Source of the DNA: a virus
Taxonomy: Duplodnaviria; Heunggongvirae; Uroviricota; Caudoviricetes
Strand: one strand, 5' to 3'
Length of the DNA stretch: 64,000 nucleotides
Virus record (IMG/VR): IMGVR_UViG_3300044712_000568
Location: 38,155-102,154 of that record
The notes under the pieces were generated by a model. The model was not told the DNA's origin. It saw only the letters and a list, made by a program, of their open reading frames with translations, and ran no database searches. Positions 18,735-27,489 of the stretch are shown in pieces. Both the position numbers and the translations under genes were made by a program. Positions within the stretch are counted from its first letter, which is position 1. Each line of letters starts with the position of its first letter.

Positions 18735-19214
18735 ATGCCATACGGAATTTTACATATCCCAACTGGGAATTTAGTTTATAGTGAATTTCATTGCGATCTT
18801 CAACATAAACTCTTTAGAGACGAATACAAAGCATGGCTTCATAACGATAAACAGTCTGATAAATCTGAAGAAGACCGAGAGGGTCTTGTATCTATGGATT
18901 TATACGGATTCTTTTTAGGAACGGATCTTTCAACTGAAGTTGGAACTCCGTTCTTCTTTTTGGTAGCTCTTGAAAATAAGAAATTTCTTAATAGAATAAT
19001 TCACCTAAGAGATTTTAGAGAGCAGTTAGGATTGGATCTAAATCCAGGAATGGAATGGGATCAATTATCACATGCCCTAACACAAAATCCGCAACTACTT
19101 CCAGATGTTTCTGAATTCGAAGTCGTTGAATTGCCAAAAGATACTGCAACTATGCAGGATAATTATCGCTTAATGTGGAAGGAAGTAGAAGAACTTAATA
19201 CTGAGAGTGCATAA
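18735..19214 (+). CDS. 'IPxG...EF' paralog family member
   Basis: YGILHIPTGN...SEFEVVE. Confidence 0.75.
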   Translation: MPYGILHIPTGNLVYSEFHCDLQHKLFRDEYKAWLHNDKQSDKSEEDREGLVSMDLYGFFLGTDLSTEVGTPFFFLVALENKKFLNRIIHLRDFREQLGLDLNPGMEWDQLSHALTQNPQLLPDVSEFEVVELPKDTATMQDNYRLMWKEVEELNTESA

Positions 19215-19215
19215 T

Positions 19216-19440
19216 ATGACAAAAATTCTTTGTGTAGTTACTGGAGAATATGTTCATTTTTTAACATCCACTGAATTTGATGAAAAGTGCAGAGCTTCTA
19301 AAAAATCTGTTGATGAGATAACTATTAATTGGGAAGAATCATTTTCTCGCACTGCTGGAAGAAGCTTATCGGATCATATAGCCATACTTGCTGATCAAAT
19401 TGAGTTACCTATAGAAGCATTTGAGATTCAATATGACTAA
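19216..19440 (+). CDS. small 'IPxG...EF' paralog family member
   Basis: MTKILCVVTGEYVHF...WEES...EAFEIQYD*. Confidence 0.72.
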   Translation: MTKILCVVTGEYVHFLTSTEFDEKCRASKKSVDEITINWEESFSRTAGRSLSDHIAILADQIELPIEAFEIQYD

Positions 19441-19645
19441 GATACTTTATATACCAACTGGTGAATTTGTCATATTTTATACTTGTTTTAGTGGTGGTGC
19501 AACTACTACTTACGAAGAAACCGCATATCATAATGTAAAACATTTATCTCCACAAGAATTTATTGACAAGCAGATTGTTCAATATTTTAAAGAGGGTAAT
19601 GGAAGTAATGTAACTCCATTAGAATTTACTGTGGTGACAATATGA
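19433..19645 (+). CDS. small 'IPxG...EF' paralog family member
   Basis: MTKILYIPTGEFVIF...YEET...LEFTVVTI*. Confidence 0.72.
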   Translation: MTKILYIPTGEFVIFYTCFSGGATTTYEETAYHNVKHLSPQEFIDKQIVQYFKEGNGSNVTPLEFTVVTI

Positions 19646-19848
19646 CTAAAGTGTTAGATTTAACTGATCATGAATTTTTACTATTTATAACATCTGTTGA
19701 ATACGACAATTTACACGGATTAAAAGTAACAGATGAGAATTATACATTAATATGGGAAGAGTCTTATGCATATTCTGTTGGAGAATCTTTAGAAGAGTGG
19801 TTAGAAGATTGTCAGCCACTTTATTTATTTGAGATAATGTATGACTAA
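19642..19848 (+). CDS. small 'IPxG...EF' paralog family member
   Basis: MTKVLDLTDHEFLLF...WEES...LFEIMYD*. Confidence 0.7.
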   Translation: MTKVLDLTDHEFLLFITSVEYDNLHGLKVTDENYTLIWEESYAYSVGESLEEWLEDCQPLYLFEIMYD

Positions 19849-20095
19849 ACTTTTATATCTTCCTACTAATGAATATCTTAAATTTTGGATTGAGGATGGA
19901 GATAATGGAACCGGTTTTAATACTACAAAAATAGAATCTGCTGGCAGTTATCTTACTCCAAGATATCGTTCAGTTGAAGAAGCTGTTGAGGCTGTTGTTA
20001 AAGCTTCTCCTGGATCTATTCTTTTTTTAGAAGTAAACAATATACAACATTTACCAATCTTACGAGAAGAATTAGAGGTAATCTACGATGAGTAG
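19841..20095 (+). CDS. small 'IPxG...EF' paralog family member
   Basis: MTKLLYLPTNEYLKF...REELEVIYDE*. Confidence 0.75.
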   Translation: MTKLLYLPTNEYLKFWIEDGDNGTGFNTTKIESAGSYLTPRYRSVEEAVEAVVKASPGSILFLEVNNIQHLPILREELEVIYDE

Positions 20096-21002
20096 ACTCA
20101 TATTTAAAACACTAGCTGGATCTAGATTATACGGAGTAGCAACAACTGATTCTGACTATGATTACAAAGGAGTCTTTTTAGAAGATCTACATGAGCTTTT
20201 AAACAAAGACGATGATGTTAACAGAACTACAGATCCGACTAAAAATACTGAATCTGAATTATTTAGTTTAAATTATTACATGAAGTTATTGGGGCAAGGT
20301 CAAGTAATACCTTTGGATATGTTATTTGCTCCAAAAGAATTTTGGACAGATTCTTCAGATGAATGGAAAACAATTCAGAAGCATAGAAAACTAATGGTAT
20401 CTTCTAACATAACTCCTTTCGTTGGGTATGCTAAAGGCCAAGCTATGAAATATGGCTTGAAAGGAAATAAAATTCAAACCATAGAAGTAGCAATGGGTTT
20501 AGTTGATGCTGGCCTTGATTTTGATGCTATTTGCCAAGGGTTAAAAGGCATGGATGGAGTTGTATTTGAAGTAGAAAAAACAACCAATAAAGATATACGA
20601 CATATTGTTATATGTGGTAAATCTTTTGGGGAAACTACTAAACTTGATCTCTGGAAAGGCCCGTTAAACAAACTAAGAAAATCTTTTGGTAGACGCGCAG
20701 AACAAGCCGCTGATGGTGTTGATCTTAAAGCACAATACCATACTGTAAGAATATGTTCTGAGGCAATAGAGCTTTTAACCACTGGAGAGCTTACATTCCC
20801 TAGGCCAGAAGCCGATACTCTAATCAAGATACGGGAGGGTCATTACTCTACCACTCAACTTGAAGAAATGGTTGAATCTTATTTTGATCAAGTTAAAGAA
20901 GCAGAACTTGTTACAAGACTTACCCCTAAGCCAGACTTTGCTAAAATGGATGAATTGGTATATAAATTACAAGCATCCTATCTATTGGAGGTTATGCAGT
21001 GA
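20088..21002 (+). CDS. DNA polymerase beta-superfamily nucleotidyltransferase (T4 NrdC.11/RlaP-like)
   Basis: AGSRLYG...DSDYDYKGVF; GYAKGQ; K..YHTVR...ELLTTGELTFPRP. Confidence 0.85.
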   Translation: MSRLIFKTLAGSRLYGVATTDSDYDYKGVFLEDLHELLNKDDDVNRTTDPTKNTESELFSLNYYMKLLGQGQVIPLDMLFAPKEFWTDSSDEWKTIQKHRKLMVSSNITPFVGYAKGQAMKYGLKGNKIQTIEVAMGLVDAGLDFDAICQGLKGMDGVVFEVEKTTNKDIRHIVICGKSFGETTKLDLWKGPLNKLRKSFGRRAEQAADGVDLKAQYHTVRICSEAIELLTTGELTFPRPEADTLIKIREGHYSTTQLEEMVESYFDQVKEAELVTRLTPKPDFAKMDELVYKLQASYLLEVMQ

Positions 21003-21307
21003 AAATTTGGGTAGTTTATGGATATAATGAAATAGAAAAAGTTTGGGATGAACTAGATTATAACTCTAATTTTCGTAATATTAGATATTTTATGAATCCC
21101 AAAAGTAGGCGACTTAGGACAGCCAGAGAGCACGGATTCGCTAAGTTTGTTTTTGTAAGACGAAGCAAAGAAGCTCTTTGGTGTTATAATCCTATTCATA
21201 ATAAGCCATTAATTCCATACAAAGAGTATTTTACATCACCGAGAGTAGATGTCCTTCTCAGAAAGTTAGCTAAACATGAGAGAATTGCTTTACATACCGG
21301 GAGGTAG
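20999..21307 (+). CDS. hypothetical basic protein
   Basis: GTG start with GGAGG RBS, coupled to neighbours. Confidence 0.55.
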   Translation: MKIWVVYGYNEIEKVWDELDYNSNFRNIRYFMNPKSRRLRTAREHGFAKFVFVRRSKEALWCYNPIHNKPLIPYKEYFTSPRVDVLLRKLAKHERIALHTGR

Positions 21308-21548
21308 AATTATCCGGTTTACGGATAGACGGCCATTTGATACTTCATTCGAAGATCGGCTCGTTGAACTCTCATTAATGAAACACCAAATAACTTCCGA
21401 ATATGGTTTTTTATTAGCCATTGTTTGTGGAGAGCTTTCTCCAGACTTTTATGAAATGCACGATATTAAATTACCTGCATTACTAGATGAATTCGAAGTT
21501 ATTAATTTACCAGACCCTCCGGAATCAACCGAGCATGAAGAATCTTGA
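21276..21548 (+). CDS. small 'IPxG...EF' paralog family member
   Basis: ELLYIPGGRIIRF...DEFEVIN. Confidence 0.7.
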   Translation: MRELLYIPGGRIIRFTDRRPFDTSFEDRLVELSLMKHQITSEYGFLLAIVCGELSPDFYEMHDIKLPALLDEFEVINLPDPPESTEHEES

Positions 21549-22272
21549 TACTCCTATTAATTTTCAATGGTTAAGTTTTATATTTTTAGCAATAATCTCT
21601 TCCTACTTTACTTACACTTTATCTTATGAATTGGGAACAACGCCCGTAGAGAAGACCGCTCTTATTGCTGGAAGTTTAGCTATTGAAGTTATTAAGATGT
21701 ATTCATTGATTCATGCTAATACTTTACTTTCTACAAAAAAGAAGTATAAAACTCCTAAACTATTAGTGTTATATGGCACTTATAGTTTTGTTGCTTTTTA
21801 TTCACTCTTAGCTAGTTTTGGTTATGCCCTTTCCACCGTTGACAAACTCGTAGAAACGTCAACTATCGTATCAAATGAAGATTCGATTAGTGTGGACCGT
21901 CAGAATATGAACCTCTTGGATAGGTCGATTGAGCAAGTTAATTTTAATATTAAATTAAAGCAGGACTTAATTTCCGCCTTGCCAATGGACAATATCAACA
22001 GACGCTTGTCATTATTAAATTTAATAAAAACAGACGTTGCCTCTCTGGAAGAGTATTCGCAAAAGAAAACTGAATTGCAAGCTAAGATTAGTAAAAAGCA
22101 ATTAGAAGCCCAAGCTCAAAAAGTAACAGTAAAGAAAACAATGTATCAAGTTATTGGAACTACTTTAGGAATAACTCCAAGGTGGGTAGCCTTTGCTGTA
22201 TTGTTTTTATTTGCGTTATCAATTGAGCTTGGGATATTCATAACATCACCACACAATTTCTTGTATCAGTAG
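21535..22272 (+). CDS. membrane protein (three N-terminal TM helices, coiled coil, C-terminal TM helix)
   Basis: hydrophobic segments flanking a heptad-rich region. Confidence 0.7.
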   Translation: MKNLDTPINFQWLSFIFLAIISSYFTYTLSYELGTTPVEKTALIAGSLAIEVIKMYSLIHANTLLSTKKKYKTPKLLVLYGTYSFVAFYSLLASFGYALSTVDKLVETSTIVSNEDSISVDRQNMNLLDRSIEQVNFNIKLKQDLISALPMDNINRRLSLLNLIKTDVASLEEYSQKKTELQAKISKKQLEAQAQKVTVKKTMYQVIGTTLGITPRWVAFAVLFLFALSIELGIFITSPHNFLYQ

Positions 22273-22275
22273 GTT

Positions 22276-22587
22276 ATGTCCGTTCAAATAATGACTGTAA
22301 CTTTCGAAGAATTAGAATCAGGTGCGCCAGCTATCAATCTGTGTTCTGAATTCTCAATTCCTATTTCTAACAAAACTTTTGTAAAATCTTTCATCAGCTA
22401 TTATACAAATGACCTTAAATTTCGCTTAGAGACTATCTCTGGTAATAAATTATCATTTAAATGGTTATCCGAAGATGACGATATTATAGAAGTTTATTTC
22501 AAAGGTGATATGGTTGGATACGCAATGGGAGCCGATGTTAAACAGGCTTTTGTTGGAGTTCTCCAATGTATGCTTTCGGAGAAATAA
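22276..22587 (+). CDS. hypothetical protein
   Basis: 103-aa ORF in the operon. Confidence 0.55.
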   Translation: MSVQIMTVTFEELESGAPAINLCSEFSIPISNKTFVKSFISYYTNDLKFRLETISGNKLSFKWLSEDDDIIEVYFKGDMVGYAMGADVKQAFVGVLQCMLSEK

Positions 22588-22943
22588 TGCTTGCTCTATT
22601 ACACATCCCTTCAGGGCAATTAGTAAAACTTTCCTTTACCGGAACTGGAGTAAAACCTCCAGTTGTAGATCTTGAATTCATTTATAAGAATGAGTTTTAT
22701 CGCGGTGATGTAAAATATTCTTTTTCAGTATGGCTGGAAAAGTTACAAGCAAAAATTATAGCAGATGCTATGCCAAGTTATGACGCATTTATTAAACAAA
22801 ATCCAATGCTAAAAAATGCTGATACTGTTCACGCAGAATTTGCTATTGTTGAAATAGATCAAGCCACTGGATATCCAAATATGTCATTAGAAAATGTTAA
22901 GATACACACCAAAGAAGAATTTAAGGAGACGGTGCAAAAATGA
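22587..22943 (+). CDS. 'IPxG...EF' paralog family member
   Basis: MLALLHIPSGQLV...AEFAIVE; GGAG RBS. Confidence 0.72.
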   Translation: MLALLHIPSGQLVKLSFTGTGVKPPVVDLEFIYKNEFYRGDVKYSFSVWLEKLQAKIIADAMPSYDAFIKQNPMLKNADTVHAEFAIVEIDQATGYPNMSLENVKIHTKEEFKETVQK

Positions 22944-23209
22944 TTAAACTTTTATATGTGCCATCTGGCGAATGTATTCAATGGCAAGCATGTCAAGAAG
23001 AATTTGCTAAAACTGGAAATGAATTCACTGTAGACTATAACAAGTCTCATTGGAAAGAGGCTTGGGGAGACTCTCCCGATACTCTGATTCCTCATTTTTG
23101 CAATCCGGATAATGAGGAAGATACTAAAAAGATGCATAAGATTCCCATCAAAATTGAATTGGATCCGAAAGAGTTTGAACTTATCTATGAGAACGAGACG
23201 GCGCCTTAA
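22940..23209 (+). CDS. small 'IPxG...EF' paralog family member
   Basis: MIKLLYVPSGE...KEFELIYE; AAGGAG RBS. Confidence 0.75.
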   Translation: MIKLLYVPSGECIQWQACQEEFAKTGNEFTVDYNKSHWKEAWGDSPDTLIPHFCNPDNEEDTKKMHKIPIKIELDPKEFELIYENETAP

Positions 23210-23321
23210 TAAGCACCCAATGGGCCTAAAACGGCCCGAATGCACCTGATGGACCTCTGGATGGGTAAAACCATCCAGACGTATTTAAAGCCATTTATAG
23301 CATATTTCAATTGGAGAAATA

Positions 23322-24209
23322 ATGAGTGTTATTACCGAGCCCATGTTAGCTGGGACTTGTGAAGATAAGAAGAAAATTAAGTATCCTGTTGCAGCGACAC
23401 CCAAATTAGATGGTATTCGATGCTTAGGAAGAAATGGAATAGCCGAAAGCCGGAAGTTCAAAAAGATACCTAACACTTACATCAAGACGGAGTTAGAAAA
23501 GATCTTTGGTTTGGAAATTTCCAAAAATTTTGACGGGGAAATTATGTCGGGTTCTACATTCCAGGAATGTTCCGGGAATGTAATGCGGGAAGATGGCACA
23601 CCCGACTTCAAATACTATCTCTTCGATTTAGTTGGAGATAATCTGACTGAAACTTATGAAGATCGTATGAAAAATCTCAAGGCTCTTACGATCACAGATT
23701 CTAGATTTGTTAAAGTTCTACCAGTTATTGTTAATAACGAAGCAGAACTTAATGAGTTTGAAGAAAAATGTCTTGCTGAGGGTTACGAAGGAGTGATGAT
23801 TAGATCACTATCTAGCCCGTATAAGTGCGGTCGTAGCACAGCTAGGGAAGGCTATCTTCTTAAGATTAAACGCTTTAGCGATTCTGAAGCTGAAATTATT
23901 GGTTTTGAGGAACTCAAGCACAATAATAATGTAGCTGTCAAAAACAAGGTGGGACGCTCCGAGCGCTCTACCAGTAAGAAGAACATGGTTCCTGGCAATA
24001 CTTTAGGTAAGATTTTAGTTCGAGATTTAAAATCTAAAGTTGAGTTTGGAATTGGTAGCGGATTTGACGATACTATGCGTAGACTCATTTGGGATAATCG
24101 CAGTGAGTGGATGGGAAAAATTGTGAAATACAAGTATTTCTCAGTTGGAGTAAAAGATGCTCCACGGTTCCCAGTATTTTTGGGTGAACGCTCTGTAGAT
24201 GATATGTGA
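23322..24209 (+). CDS. lig: ATP-dependent DNA ligase (minimal adenylation + OB domains)
   Basis: PKLDGIR (KxDG), DGEI, YLFD, EGVMIR, LKIK, GSGF, PRFP. Confidence 0.95.
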   Translation: MSVITEPMLAGTCEDKKKIKYPVAATPKLDGIRCLGRNGIAESRKFKKIPNTYIKTELEKIFGLEISKNFDGEIMSGSTFQECSGNVMREDGTPDFKYYLFDLVGDNLTETYEDRMKNLKALTITDSRFVKVLPVIVNNEAELNEFEEKCLAEGYEGVMIRSLSSPYKCGRSTAREGYLLKIKRFSDSEAEIIGFEELKHNNNVAVKNKVGRSERSTSKKNMVPGNTLGKILVRDLKSKVEFGIGSGFDDTMRRLIWDNRSEWMGKIVKYKYFSVGVKDAPRFPVFLGERSVDDM

Positions 24210-24222
24210 TAGGAGAAATAAA

Positions 24223-24531
24223 ATGTCTATAAACTTACCATATCTACCAACTTCTTATAACTTAAAAGAATTAGCAGAGCAATACAGATTGATGAACAAT
24301 CCTTGTAGTGAAGTTCGTCTTGACGGTTCTTCATATTTTCCTAGACCAAATGTTGATCGATTAAAAGAATTGGTAATTCATGTTAATGACGATGAAGCTA
24401 AACAAATTCTCAGTGTTTTATTAACCGAGGCTACCAAAGAAAATGGTATTGTTCTATCTAAGAACGTTGTAGATGCTCTAATATTAATGGTAACTGATTC
24501 TTGCGGCGGGCCTCCAGAAGGAGCTTTATGA
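24223..24531 (+). CDS. hypothetical protein
   Basis: AGGAG RBS before ATG 24223. Confidence 0.55.
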   Translation: MSINLPYLPTSYNLKELAEQYRLMNNPCSEVRLDGSSYFPRPNVDRLKELVIHVNDDEAKQILSVLLTEATKENGIVLSKNVVDALILMVTDSCGGPPEGAL

Positions 24532-25022
24532 TAGGATGCCACATTGGTGATGATGACAAATGGATGGATGGTGATATGAGAAAGAAATATGAAATAACAG
24601 ATGAATTTATTCCAACTCAAGAAGAGTATGCGGATAGACCAGATTATGCTAATTATCCAGGCCAATATACAGCCTGGGAAGAAGAGATGATATCGCAAGA
24701 AAAGGAGACAGCTACGACTATGGCAGAATTACAAAAGATTTTACAAGGGTCTATGTCGCAGCCCAAAGCAACTAGTAAAGTCAAAAAGATGTCTTTTGAC
24801 GATGTGGCTCAAAAACAAGACATGAATAACTTTGAAAAATATATGCCCGGCCCTGAGTTTTTTAAACCTGCTATGGGAAGACTTATGCAGTATATGAGTG
24901 AAGATGACTGTAAAGCTATCTTAGATCATTTATTTAAAGAGCTCTCCAAAGATGATAGAGAGCTTCATATTTCTCCTCGAATTGAAACAACCATTATTTC
25001 TATGATGGTAGATAGGGCCTAA
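24528..25022 (+). CDS. hypothetical protein
   Basis: AAGGAG RBS before ATG 24528; stop coupled to the polymerase start. Confidence 0.55.
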   Translation: MIGCHIGDDDKWMDGDMRKKYEITDEFIPTQEEYADRPDYANYPGQYTAWEEEMISQEKETATTMAELQKILQGSMSQPKATSKVKKMSFDDVAQKQDMNNFEKYMPGPEFFKPAMGRLMQYMSEDDCKAILDHLFKELSKDDRELHISPRIETTIISMMVDRA

Positions 25023-26863
25023 TGAATCGTGAAATTGTAGTTGCTTTAGTTTGCAATATATCTTCGGATAAAGCAGATCATAAAATTGTTAAATCCTTGG
25101 AGGAGTTTATTCCGACTCCTCCAAGCTGTAATCTTACAACAAAAACTTTTTGTTTAACTGAAGATACGACTGAATTTATTCAAGAATTAGTTGGATTTAA
25201 TCCGGATCTTATAGTTCATTATGGGTTGGGTCAAGGAACATTTTGGTCCGATCATACACAGGAAGTAGAAGTCATAGAAAAACAATTCAAGGTTCCTTTG
25301 CTTCAAGATAATCATGATGCTCAAGAACTTTTCTATTCTGAGAAATATCTTTATACTACATTCTTTGATGTAATTAAAGAAAAGATTTTACAGCTTGATC
25401 TAATTAAAAGCCGTCCTTCAAAATTAAGAATTGCAACAACGGAAGAAGATCTGATTTATTTACGTGACCGTTGTTTTAAAGAACCCTTTGGATTTGACAC
25501 TGAAACAAATTTCCTCAATCCTTTTATCAAGGATCCAGAGCCTAAACTCCTCTGTTATTCTTTGGCGTGGTTAACTGACGAAGAAGAGGGATGGTGTATC
25601 CCTACTTCCGACATGCTGATGAAAAGTGGAAATTGCACCTTCACTAAGGAAACTGTAATGAAATATACTGAAGAGATTTTATTTGAATCTCCTCAGGGTA
25701 TGTTTATTCACAATGCAGCGTATGATTTGTTAGTATTACATGAACTATTTAAGGGCAAGCAGCCAAAGAATTTTATGGCTGATACTATGGTTTTATTAAA
25801 TTTATATCACCATGCAAATAAATCTGCTGCTCTAAAAGAAAATACGCATCTTATTAATCTTCCGTCTTACAAAGATCCAATTAAGGATTGGATTGAGGCT
25901 CAGCCAAAAGATAAAAATACAAAGCGCAGTCTTGGATTTGAAGATGTGCCGTTAGATATCATTGCGCCATATGCTGCAATGGATGCTATTGCTGTAATAC
26001 GATTAATGAATTATCTCAAAAAGAATATGGCAAGAAGTTTGTGGAAATTCTATTTTATGATTCCGCACAAACTTATTCTTACTGCTAATGAGTTAGCCTG
26101 CGAAGGTTATGTATTGTCTAGAGATCGATTCAACTTCACTAAGTTTTCACTAGAAAAACAAATTAGTGAAACTTATAAAGAAGCACACGAATCGGTTGCA
26201 GAGCATGTGGATGCCAATTTTAACATGGGTTCTAATCAGCAACTTGCTGTGTTGCTTTTTGACAAACATAAGCTAAATCTTCCCATCTTTAGTAAGACTA
26301 AAGGTGGAGCAGCAGCTACTGGTCAAAAAGCATTAGACGATCTAATGTTGTTCCATCCGTTTATTTTCAAACTTTCTAAATTAAAGAAGCTTCAAAAACT
26401 ATATTCTACATATTCTTATAAAGGATACGCTGGAGTATTAAATGAAGGTTCTAGACAATACAAAAGAGTTGGTCATTGGACTATGAATGCCCAATACAAA
26501 CAAACCAATAGAACTGCCAGACTTGCATCATCTAATTTTAATATGCATCACGGCGTTAAGAAAAAGGGCGGTAATGTATTAACTTTACCTGCTCAAGGAT
26601 CTATGGTTAAACATTACTTTAGTCCAAACATTGTTGCAGAATCCGAGAATATTCTTTACGATAAGATTGTGGCAACACTTTCCGATGAAGATCGTGAGAA
26701 GCTCCATGCTGCCGAAGTATTTGATATCGCTGCTGAAACTAAGCCGGCAAAACCAGTTAAACCTCCCAAGCCACCGAAAGTAGCAACAGCAAAACCAGCA
26801 AGGAAATCGAAACAAAATGCAAAACCTACCGTTAATACTGAAGATACCGAGTCAGAAGTATAG
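25022..26863 (+). CDS. polA: family A DNA polymerase, N-terminal part (UDG-like remnant, 3'-5' exonuclease, thumb, first palm strand)
   Basis: ExoI FDTET, ExoII HNAAYD, ExoIII YAAMDA; FNMGSNQQLAVLLF, KLYSTY, TARLASS, NVLTLP; ends before motif A in a Lys/Pro tail. Confidence 0.88.
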   Translation: MNREIVVALVCNISSDKADHKIVKSLEEFIPTPPSCNLTTKTFCLTEDTTEFIQELVGFNPDLIVHYGLGQGTFWSDHTQEVEVIEKQFKVPLLQDNHDAQELFYSEKYLYTTFFDVIKEKILQLDLIKSRPSKLRIATTEEDLIYLRDRCFKEPFGFDTETNFLNPFIKDPEPKLLCYSLAWLTDEEEGWCIPTSDMLMKSGNCTFTKETVMKYTEEILFESPQGMFIHNAAYDLLVLHELFKGKQPKNFMADTMVLLNLYHHANKSAALKENTHLINLPSYKDPIKDWIEAQPKDKNTKRSLGFEDVPLDIIAPYAAMDAIAVIRLMNYLKKNMARSLWKFYFMIPHKLILTANELACEGYVLSRDRFNFTKFSLEKQISETYKEAHESVAEHVDANFNMGSNQQLAVLLFDKHKLNLPIFSKTKGGAAATGQKALDDLMLFHPFIFKLSKLKKLQKLYSTYSYKGYAGVLNEGSRQYKRVGHWTMNAQYKQTNRTARLASSNFNMHHGVKKKGGNVLTLPAQGSMVKHYFSPNIVAESENILYDKIVATLSDEDREKLHAAEVFDIAAETKPAKPVKPPKPPKVATAKPARKSKQNAKPTVNTEDTESEV

Positions 26864-27488
26864 TAATATAACCTACTCGGTATACATCAACTCATTCGAT
26901 CCCGAATCAGGAACATTGAATCATGCGCTATTGCGTAATAATGTTAATGTGTCTTGTCACATAAATGTCAAAGATTCGTTATTGGATGATTATGAATACG
27001 CTATTATTACTCTAGCATATAAACAAGTTAAAACAAAGGCTAAAAGATATAAATCTTTATTGGCTTCTCCATTACATAACTCTAATGTATTGTATAGAAA
27101 TAGTCTTAATGAATTAATCGAACAGTATAAGCCTTTGGTAGTAAAAGAAGACTATTCAGAATTTCGAGCACTTTTGTTAAATGACATCAATTCAACGCAA
27201 GACGCAAAAGTAGGAGACACTGGACTTCAGTGCATGTTCCGATTCCAAAAGTTTGACGGCTCAAGCGAGTTTTTTCTATCTCCTGGTAGTCCATTAAGTC
27301 ATTTATCTTCTGTAATTGGTCTATCGGTATTTGAAGCGGCATCAGTAAATGAAGTGTTAGATGCTATAATTTTCGATATGTCAGATCTACTCAAACAACA
27401 TGTATTACCGAAATCAGGATTGAATAACTCAGTAGATCTTGATACAGACATTAAAAGATACTTACGCTTTTCTTTTTACGGAGAATAA
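26817..27488 (+). CDS. hypothetical protein inserted between the two polymerase halves
   Basis: 223-aa ORF overlapping polA-N by 47 nt; no nuclease or intein motifs recognised. Confidence 0.6.
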   Translation: MQNLPLILKIPSQKYSNITYSVYINSFDPESGTLNHALLRNNVNVSCHINVKDSLLDDYEYAIITLAYKQVKTKAKRYKSLLASPLHNSNVLYRNSLNELIEQYKPLVVKEDYSEFRALLLNDINSTQDAKVGDTGLQCMFRFQKFDGSSEFFLSPGSPLSHLSSVIGLSVFEAASVNEVLDAIIFDMSDLLKQHVLPKSGLNNSVDLDTDIKRYLRFSFYGE

Positions 27489-27489
27489 T

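Noticed and set aside
19215-19848. CRISPR-like array or integron attC sites at the periodic TATGACTAA words
   Set aside because: The repeat is only 9 bp and non-palindromic, the spacers are ~200-bp ORFs, and no cas or integrase gene is present.
20999-21307. Possible additional member of the small paralog family
   Set aside because: Lacks both the IPxG turn and the EF(E) C-terminal strand; not counted.
23241-23250. Minus-strand ATCAGGTGCA resembling the 3' end of a pistol ribozyme; CTGATG resembling a hammerhead core
   Set aside because: The required P1/pseudoknot, or the CUGAUGA-stem-GAAA arrangement, is not present.
26817-26831. MQNLP at the start of the middle ORF resembling PolA 'LQNIP'
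   Set aside because: The equivalent motif is already present in part 1 (NVLTLP), and the rest of the ORF shows no polymerase similarity.
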